A stretch of DNA of 46,102 bases from Octopus bimaculoides (Eukaryota): the NCBI RefSeq assembly GCF_001194135.2, contig NC_068981.1:42366406-42412507 (forward strand). Direction: 5' to 3'. This document shows positions 37,504-46,102 of this stretch, piece after piece. The first letter of the stretch is position 1, and each line of letters opens with the position of its first letter. The position numbers and the translations under genes were made by a program. The notes under the pieces are model-generated. The model saw only the letters and a program-made list of their open reading frames with translations, was not told the DNA's origin and ran no database searches.

Positions 37504-37859
37504 GTTAGTTATAAGAAGTATAGGGTGCCTTAGCGCGAGGGATTTGCTTTTGTAAAGGACCTCACATGTTCCGTATCTTCCCACACATGTTTGATAAACT
37601 CTTTCAACAAGGCTGTGTTCTTCTGTTTCTAGGCGTCACGTTTTTCTTGACACTCAGTGATACAGCACCATCTTGCGGGCGGCTGTTGCCAAAAGATCAC
37701 CTAGGATTGAACCTTGCGCTCTTCTACCTTCCACTTCCACAGATTTTGTTGCCTGTGTCAGGCATGGTTTCATGTTTTTGAGGGAGAAAGAAAAGAATTT
37801 TGTCGATTTCACCGCCATCCCATCAGAAAATTGACTCAACACATATTTTGCCATCGTCT

Positions 37860-38040
37860 CGTTGTTGATGTTACGGCTGCTGCTGATGTTGATTTCGCTG
37901 GTGTTCTTGCTGATATCACTGCTGCTGCTGTTGTTGCTGGTGTCGTAGTTATTACTGCTGATCCTGCTCATTGCTGCTGTCACTCTTTCGTTACAGCTGC
38001 TGTAATTGTTGATGCTGTTGTTCGTGTTGTTGTTGATTTA
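37860..38040. repeat. Degenerate (GTT/GCT/GAT)n trinucleotide low-complexity tract
   Basis: Direct inspection; explains the two overlapping ORFs here. A similar tract lies at 36617-36660. Confidence 0.8.
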
Positions 38041-38573
38041 TTACTGTTTCTGTAATTTTTCTATTATTCTGTCTTCTACCGATAGTAGTGAAGCTAGTGA
38101 TGAATGAGTTAACGGTCGGATTCGCCGCTATTCAGTGTCTTTGTCAGACGAATCATTTCCCCTCCTACCACTTCATACACTTTAGTGGGCGTGTTATTTT
38201 GGATTTGGGTAAATGGAAAATGAATTTCATATTTCGTAATACGGTGATAAATTCGGAGAGTTTTGGTATCAAAACCTCTTCAGAGAAGCATAGTCAAACA
38301 GTTACTTCAAGATATCACAATAATTAGTGCGAAAGATGTATTATTCTATTTTAGATTCGATATCAATAGGTACTTATGAAAGAAAACTAGCAGCTGGTCC
38401 GTGCTAACTAAAATTGAATAAAATGAGTTTTCTGTACCATACAGCAAATTGCATTTGTCTTAGTCTATTTCAAACAGTATGAAATATTTTCGAAATTCCG
38501 TTATGCTCAATTTCAGGACTGGAATTCCTTTTCATAATGTTTGTAATGTATATGCACATGTACAAATCGTCGA

Positions 38574-38621
<48 letters not shown>

Positions 38622-38744
38622 TGGAAAAGTGTGATAGAAATATGAATGAAACCACGTCTATTATATACTTTTGATGTGCAGAAAGTGTGTAGTCTCCTCT
38701 TGCACCGCATTTCAGAGAAGACACACATAGTCTCCTTCACCCAT

Positions 38745-39605
38745 CAGTACCAAATATATTGATTTCAAATGTTTGCATAAGGCCAGCAATTTTTGGAGAC
38801 GAAGTAAGTCGATTACATCGACTCCTATGCTCTACTGGTACTCATTTTATCGACCCCGAAAGGTATGAATTTGAACGCAGAACGTAAAGACGGACGAAAT
38901 ACCGCTAAGTATTTTGTCCGGCATACTAACGATTCTATCAGCTCGCCGCCTTAGCTCCATAGAAATATTATTTTCTACTCTAGGCACAAGGCCATCGACC
39001 CCATTATGCAACTGGAACTTAATTTATCGACCCCGAAAGAATGAAAGGCAATGACGACCTCGGCGGAATTTGAACTCAGAAAGTAACGGCAGAAGAAATA
39101 CCGCTAAGTATTTCGCCCGGCGTGCTAACGATTCTGCCAGCTCACCGCCTTAGTACCATAGAAATATTCTTTTCTTCGCTAGGCACAAGGCCCGAAAGTT
39201 TGGTGATTAGATCGGCTCAGTATGCAACTGGTACTTAATTTATCGACCCTGAGAGGATGAAAGGCAAAGTCGACCTCGACGAAGTTCGAACACAGAACGT
39301 AAAGCCAGACGAAACGCCGCTAAACATTTCGCCGCCTGAGTACCATAGAAATACTTATTTCTTTATTGCCCACAGGTGGTAAACTTAGAGGGGACAAACA
39401 ATTTCAGTCAAATGGATTAAGTCGATTACATTGACTCCAGTGCGTAACTGGTACTTATTTAATCGACCCCTGAAAAAAATGAAAGACAAAGTCGACCTCG
39501 GCGGAATTTGTACTCAGAAAGTAACGACAGAAGAAATACCGCTCAGCATTTCGGCCGGCGTGCTAGCGATTCTGCCAGTTCACCGCCTAGGACAATAGAA
39601 ATATT
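38745..39605 (-). mobile_element. Head-to-tail array of four SINE copies separated by a recurrent ~18-bp spacer
   Basis: Units at about 38761-38951, 38970-39150, 39169-39337 and 39354-39587, each with tcgacccc.gaaa...gaatttgaactcagaa...accgctaag..tt...ccgcct. The tagtaccatagaaatatt-like spacer occurs five times. Confidence 0.92.
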
Positions 39606-40773
39606 AAATAACCACTTACATAAGTGATAAGACTATCGTTATCGGGATTAACGTAATTTGCATTTTTGCATTTTTGTTGGCTTTCCAATATTTAAAGTTA
39701 TTTCAGCCCTGGGTACTTGATGAAATATTTATCGTTCAATTAGTGACAAGTTAGACATCAATGAAGTTTGTATACCTTCAGATTTATATATGAAAATATT
39801 TCAACGCTATATGGATTTAAAGTAGAACCTTAAATCGGGGATCTTAGTTTGAATGTGAATTCGCTTTTGTTTGAAAACCAGAATATTTGAAGAACGTGTA
39901 TCTGCTACTTTGAGTCAAGGTGTAGTTCTTAAAATATAATTTTCTTTCAGTGAAAGAGAAAAAACATGTTCTTTGATTGAGAGAAAAACGAGGCAGGGGT
40001 TGCAATTATTTTTGTTTCTTCGCAACTTGTAGGCATTTTCATATACAATATTCCTATATGTTCAAGCTCACCTATCAGGTTGTTTTTTCAGATTTATCGT
40101 TCCTACTTTATCCAAATGTATGATAGAATACATTCATAGAATATATTTAAACAAATGTATTCTATTCGACATTTGCTCTTGGCTAATATGTGTCTTCTCT
40201 TCTCCATTTAATCATCTCTCATAACAGCTTCTCCGTCTAAATTGTATGTGGCTTCATCGCTGTTAATATTGTTGTTGCTTATTCACATTTATCGTATAAC
40301 AACATTATGCAATGTGCCTTGCCAATTTTTAAGACAGAAGAGTGGGATTTTATGAAAATGTGATAGCTATTGTTAGTAGACAGAACGATCTCAGCCAAAA
40401 CCCTGCATTGGCTCGTAAAATAGTAAAGCAATATAAAAGTAAAAGTGTGATATCTCTTAATCCTGATTTTGACTGGCAAGATAGAAAATGATATTTTGTG
40501 AATTTTCCACCCGAGGTTATGGTATAACAAATCACTATTCGGCAGGTGGTAAAGCAAATAAATTAATAAAAAAGCATTTTGTTTATTTTTCCAGAGTGGT
40601 TGGTATTTGGGGGATTTTTCATGTAATATCTTTTATAAAATTTCAGCTTTATATGTATAGATATGTGGTTATGCATACAGTCATACATACATACTTACAT
40701 ACATAGATACATACATACATACATACATACATACATAATTATATATATATGCATGTATATATATATGTGTGCC

Positions 40774-40807
<34 letters not shown>

Positions 40808-41069
40808 TATATGTCTGCGTGTGTATACGTATATATAAATATAAATATTTATGATTCTTTTATGTTACAAAACCACGCAAACAATAAGAGAAAATTATGC
40901 ACAACAATTGTTGAGTTTTCTATTGTCTGGTTTTATATTTTCGATCAAAAACGTAGGACTCGCGTGTATGTGTGTGCGTGTGTGCGTGTGTGTGTGTGTG
41001 TGTGTGTATGTGTGTGTGTGTTTGCATACATTTTATCTGAATTTGCGTAAATGTGTATAAAATAATATA

Positions 41070-41502
41070 TCAGTTGAATAAAGTTGATCTGGTTTTCAGG
41101 TTTTTTTTATTATGGTATTTTTTAAAATAATATTTTTTTTTACAGTGTTCAAGTGTGTTAAACATTACATAAATATTCTGTAATGTTCATAAAGTTCAAT
41201 AAGCGCTTTCATACGTTTGTAGTAATCATCAGATTTCAAAATGTATTTAACTGACATTTGGGTTCTTGACAACTGTAGCAAAATCACTTTCTTTCTTTTT
41301 GTAGCATTGCACTTTTGTACGAAAAGAAAGAAGTCAGTCATTTGACTACAGTTATCAAGAACTCAACTGTCAGTTATAAAACATTTTGAAATCTGATGCT
41401 TGCTACGAACGTATGAAAGCGCTTCTAAAAACATTTATTTCCTTTAAAATACCATAATAAAAAACGTGAAAACTTGACCATATTTTAACTTTATTCAACT
41501 GA
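41070..41502. mobile_element. Palindromic MITE / foldback element with TA flanks (Tc1/mariner-type)
   Basis: Terminal tcagttgaataaagtt / aactttattcaactga, flanked by TA. Inner arms 41201-41304 and about 41317-41424 are mostly complementary around a loop of about 12 nt. Confidence 0.88.
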
Positions 41503-41547
41503 TATATATATATATATGCATATTTATATGCATTTATATATCTAAGT

Positions 41548-41692
41548 TCAAATGCCGCTGAGGTCGAGTTCGCCTTTCACCCTTTCGGGGTCGATAAAAT
41601 AAGTACCAGTTGAGTACTGGGATCGATGTAATCGACTTACCCCTCCCTCGAGATTGCTAGCCTTGTGCCTGCCAAAATTTGAAACCATTATG
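41548..41692 (+). mobile_element. 5'-truncated SINE
   Basis: tcaaatgccgctgaggtcgagttcgcctttcaccctttcggggtcgataaaataagtaccagttgagtactgggatcgatgtaatcgactt is the reverse complement of the array units. Confidence 0.9.
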
Positions 41693-41755
41693 TAAAAATG
41701 CGTATATATAAATGCGCGCGCGTATATATATATATATATATATACACACACATTG

Positions 41756-41839
<84 letters not shown>

Positions 41840-41844
41840 CGTCT

Positions 41845-42200
41845 AACATCATCATTGTCTTCATCATCATTATTATCACAATCTCTTAACTGATGCTGGC
41901 AGTCTTTGAGATGCCACTTTAGACACCTTAGTAACCAGTCGTCGCCATTGGTCCGTCCAGTCCCTGATGCTGTCAAACCAGAATTTTCTCTGTCTGCCTC
42001 TGTTTTTCCTTCCCCCAACTGTGGCCTGAAGAATGGATTTGGGAAGGGAGTTGAGGGAAGTTGTGGCAGGATACATAAAAGTTTCGTTTTCCACCTGCGC
42101 AAGGAGTGGTTCCTCTCTGCCAGTGTAGTTGTTGACTTGCTGTCTGACAAAGCTGCTCATTTTGTGCTCTGTGTACAAGATGTGTAACTTCTTGAAATAC
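41845..42200 (-). mobile_element. RTE-clade LINE 3' end (C-terminal RT thumb region) running into (GAT)n/(GATA)n tail
   Basis: LHILYTEHKMSSFVRQQVNNYTGREEPLLAQV...NSLPKSILQATVGGRKNRGRQRKFWFDSIRDWT..WRRLV is the typical RTE ILQG.V.G.R.RGRQRK.W.D.I..WT ending. Confidence 0.85.
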
Positions 42201-42570
42201 ATTTTCGGTGTCATATTATAATGCAAAAATTTATATTATTGAACATATGGCGCCTTGCAAGGTATTTAGATATGAGTAGAAGTAATGGTGTTAGCCTAAG
42301 AAACCTGTGAAACAATAGAAGTACATGCAGTAGTAGCTAAGAAAGAGTAAGTGGTATATAAAATTAGAAGAGACACGAAAGAGTAATAATATAAAGCAGA
42401 GGCAATGAAAATAAGATGGGGAATTGAAGGGATAGTAGGAACTGAAGAAGAATACGGAGAATTAAAAAAGGAAGAATCAGTAAGATATATGTTCTATTAG
42501 TCTCCATATTACAAATTTTTGCTGAAATAAAGCAATAGTATACATGTGTGTGTATGCATGTGTGTGTGCA

Positions 42571-42602
<32 letters not shown>

Positions 42603-45600
42603 CATATGTGTTTGTATATATGTGTGTATATTGATTATCTGGGTAGAACCTCTAATATTTAAACCCTAGTCAACTGAAAGATAAGAGTACTCACATCTTA
42701 AACTCATGTACTCTCATACTCGAAGGAGATGTCGAGGCAGAATCAAGCTTACGAAATTTTCGTTAAATTTAAGACTGGAAATATATGATATTTGTCCTGC
42801 TATTGATATGGATTTACCGATTTACTATAGGTACTGAAAATTGTTGGTGAGATACCAAGATGAAGAATTTAATTCCTTATAGTATGCTAAAATAACTGCA
42901 AGCAATTGTACGTATACATAATACAACAATCCACCAAATCACTAATGGTAAGCTTAAGCGATTATATATAAATTGGGAGTTACTTCCTATATGTCAAACC
43001 GTGACATAGCAGAGAAATACTACATTGATATGACAGTATACTTAATCTATCGAAAATTGTAGATTAAACACAACTCTTTTTTCAGTTTTGAGTGAAAGAA
43101 AATGTTACATCTGGCATTTGAAAGACAGTATTACTGCTTTTAACATTTAGTGGAACATACTAGAGAGAATTAGTGCAAGGAATAAAATACGTAAATTATG
43201 CACAACAGAAATATAAGAGTCTCATACATAAAGTATATTTTCTACGTGCAAGTGCGGTATACTTAAAATTCTTAAGTTCAATAATTACTTTAATCCAGAA
43301 GTCCGAATCGTTTGTAAAATGTCACCACTGCGACATATATTTACAGAAACACTAGAATTATTTAAGACAAGGAAATGAGTAGCTCAAACTCAACTTCTTC
43401 CATTTCCCTATATCACGCCACTTACATTTGCACAAAAGAGTGTGGCTCAGCTCCCTATTCTTGAACTTTCCAAACGCATATTGTTTGTCTGCCGGTGCAT
43501 ATACTTTTACTAGTATTCATGAATCTCACGATAGACGTAAGCAGAAGAATCTTCAACATGTTGATTAGTAAAGAGAACTTACATTAGGCAACTCTCTAGA
43601 ACAATGATGCCTTTAAAGACAGTGCGTTTAAAGAAAATGATCTACGAAACTAGCCATAACGAGGGGAGGTAGGATATTTGTTTTGCACTCCTCTTTTCAC
43701 TGAACATCATGCCTTATTAGGTATTTAAGCTCTCCCTAAATTTAATTGACAGACGTTTCCTACACAAAAGAAAAAAAGCTGGAAAAGTTTTAATAAACGC
43801 ATGGTTCAGATCACATTCAATTACAGCCCTAACATGTAATAAAATATATATAGCAAACACAAAACTACTTCCGAGGCCCTGCAAAATGCCCATTGCCTGA
43901 AACAAGTAGCAGAGGCCATTGTTTGTGAAGCAGAGGTAAAAATCTACTGATGAGTATGAGAAAGTCAACCCAATGCAATATACTTGAGTAGTCGCTGCTC
44001 GATTGTTTCTAGAAACTGACGCAAGAACCATTCAAATAGATATTACTCAGTCACATTATCTCAATGCGAAATATCCAAAAAGGGAATATGACAAAATTTG
44101 CATGATGCATCTGTCATTTTATAAAATGGTGAAGTAACCATCAGCTCGATGATCGTCAAAAAGTCCTAAGCATTAATAAATTCTATTAAGAGATGCAATC
44201 TTTGCATAGCAGGAAAGAGCATAATCCGTATGAAAGTGCGCAAACCAAGTCAGTACCTTAATGCTAAAACGAAAATATTCAACTCTGAGATACACAAGAG
44301 AAAAATCAGCTCAAAATCAACAAACAACGTTCCCACCTTTCCATTATGCATCTCACCCTTCATAAATCTTTATATTGTGCAGCTGTTTCTTTTCAACAAG
44401 TTTCCAATTCTCCAGTCATTTCCTGTTTACTCTCTCCTCTCCCTACACCCCACGCTCTCTCTTTCTCTCTCTCTATCTGCCTTTTCACCTCTGCCTATCT
44501 TCCACTCACACTTTCTTACCTCGGGCTTTCTTTATCTCTCGACCGCTTTATTATCTATTCTTAAAAATTTGAGTATATGACAGTGAGAGTATGTGCGTGA
44601 ATGGGTGTGAGTGTGTGTATGGACATGACATACATTCATAGTTAAGCATGACGTGAGAAGACAGATGACTCACATATTAGAAACAAGAATAAAAACTTTT
44701 AACTCTAAACAGCGTTCAAATGTGTGTCGTATAAATGTGGTTGCGTGTGAGCATATGCACACATACCTACATACATATACACATACATAAATGCATGCAT
44801 ATATCTATCCATCCATTTATCCATCCATCCATCCACCCATCCATCCATCCATACATACATACATACATACATGCATCATACATCCATCCAAATTTATAGA
44901 TATATATAAACACACACACACACACACGCACACGCACACGCACACACATATATACATGCTGTTTGTACATTTTCGCCAACTGCAATTTTTTCTCTGTGAT
45001 TGCTCTGAAGGCGCAAATAATAACCTCTAGGAAGTCATGACCGCTCTTTGAATGGAAAAAGAAACCTGAAGTACGTGTTGGTCCTTGTATGGATTTGATG
45101 CTAAGAATAGTTCTCCTTTCTTGCAGGAATTTCACTTGCAAACCATGTATGTATGTGAGCTCTATTTTGTACAGTTCATTCAGGAAACATATATGAGTGC
45201 ACATGTGTGTGGCGGGGGGTACATATATATATGTGTGTGTGTGTGTGCGTGTGCGTGTGTGTGTGTGTGTGCGTGTGTGTATGTGTGTGTGTGTGTGTGC
45301 GTTTGTGTGTGTGTGAGTGTGTCTGTGTATAAAGTCCAAGGATCGAGGTGCAGGAAGAAAGTTAGCTTCAAACAATCTGTAATAAATTTGAAAAACAACT
45401 TTCAGGAACAATAGTAAGTTATTGAGGTGAAGGCTATGGATTTTTTGATCGAAATACGATAGTCTGGAAAAAAATTATGCTTATATTTCACAGTAGGTAA
45501 GCAGGGTTGCCAGGCAAGCGAATAAGAATACAAGAGTTAAGGAATAGAATAGATAAGATCTGGTCTACATATGTTTCCTAGTGAGCGGAACCTCGGAGTG

Positions 45601-45920
45601 TGGTAAATGTCCAAGCGACGTGTGTGCCGTTGGCTATTCGTCAGGCTAATGGTATTTTGATTAAATGAAAGTTTATGCTACGCGTTAGAACATGGAAGAT
45701 TCGATCATAATCTTTAGTCAAGATAGCCTTAACCTGACAACTAGGTTGCGGTATACACCTCGCATGGATAGTTACCACTTCCAAGGTTCTGCTTGCTATG
45801 GAACATATGTAGCCCGGATCTTATTTACTCTATTCCTTAACTCATGCATATATGCATTTAAACGTATGTATATATATATATATCAAATTCACGACAGAAT
45901 CCAGTCGCAATGAATTACCA

Positions 45921-45922
45921 TT

Positions 45923-45999
<77 letters not shown>

Positions 46000-46025
46000 T
46001 TATCTATCTATATTTCTATCTATCC
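45921..46025. repeat. (TATC)n microsatellite
   Basis: Direct inspection. Confidence 0.97.
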
Positions 46026-46102
46026 ATGTCTATTGTTAATGGAACCTCATCCCAAAAAACAAAAAACAATATTTTCTTCTTGTAAACAAAACCCCCACAA
46101 AG

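Noticed and set aside
37566-38055. ORFs of 70-113 aa on both strands and a strong plus-strand acceptor at 37742
   Set aside because: Length is driven by the trinucleotide tract; the unique part matches nothing I recognise.
38745-39605. CRISPR-like repeat/spacer periodicity
   Set aside because: The long units are homologous SINEs in a eukaryotic context, with no cas genes; treated as a SINE array.
43717-44031. 104-aa minus-strand ORF with a ttgtttcag acceptor near 43898
   Set aside because: Low-information peptide, ambiguous phase, no family match.
45501-45511. cagggttgcca, a hAT-type TIR word
   Set aside because: No inverted partner or TSD found in the window.

Overview
AT-rich, repeat-saturated metazoan DNA, most likely intronic or intergenic sequence from a coleoid cephalopod (Octopus-like). 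The organism is inferred from the SINE families and the microsatellite load. There are 13 N-gaps (about 4.6 kb), most bordered by microsatellites, and most long ORFs in the ORF track are microsatellite or gap artefacts. No intact, recognisable host gene, rRNA, true tRNA or CRISPR array is visible. Well-supported content: (i) many tRNA-derived SINEs; (ii) an internally deleted hAT transposon with perfect 14-bp TIRs and an 8-bp TSD (11006-12567); (iii) mariner and maT-type transposase relics; (iv) RTE-type LINE fragments, one probably ending in two C2H2 fingers; (v) a Penelope-like GIY-YIG fragment; (vi) a 430-bp palindromic MITE. The most unusual structures are three. First, a block duplicated 5.5 kb apart (about 23.2-23.6 kb and 28.75-29.1 kb) carries a putative minus-strand exon, and both ends of each copy are complementary to single unique partner sequences, resembling docking-site/selector competing RNA pairing. 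Second, four head-to-tail SINEs are separated by the same ~18-bp spacer, which looks like serial insertion into one target site. Third, several minimal hammerhead-ribozyme cores (CTGACGA...GAAAC...GTA) occur. A few minus-strand micro-exon candidates hint at an unidentified host gene but cannot be confirmed from sequence alone.
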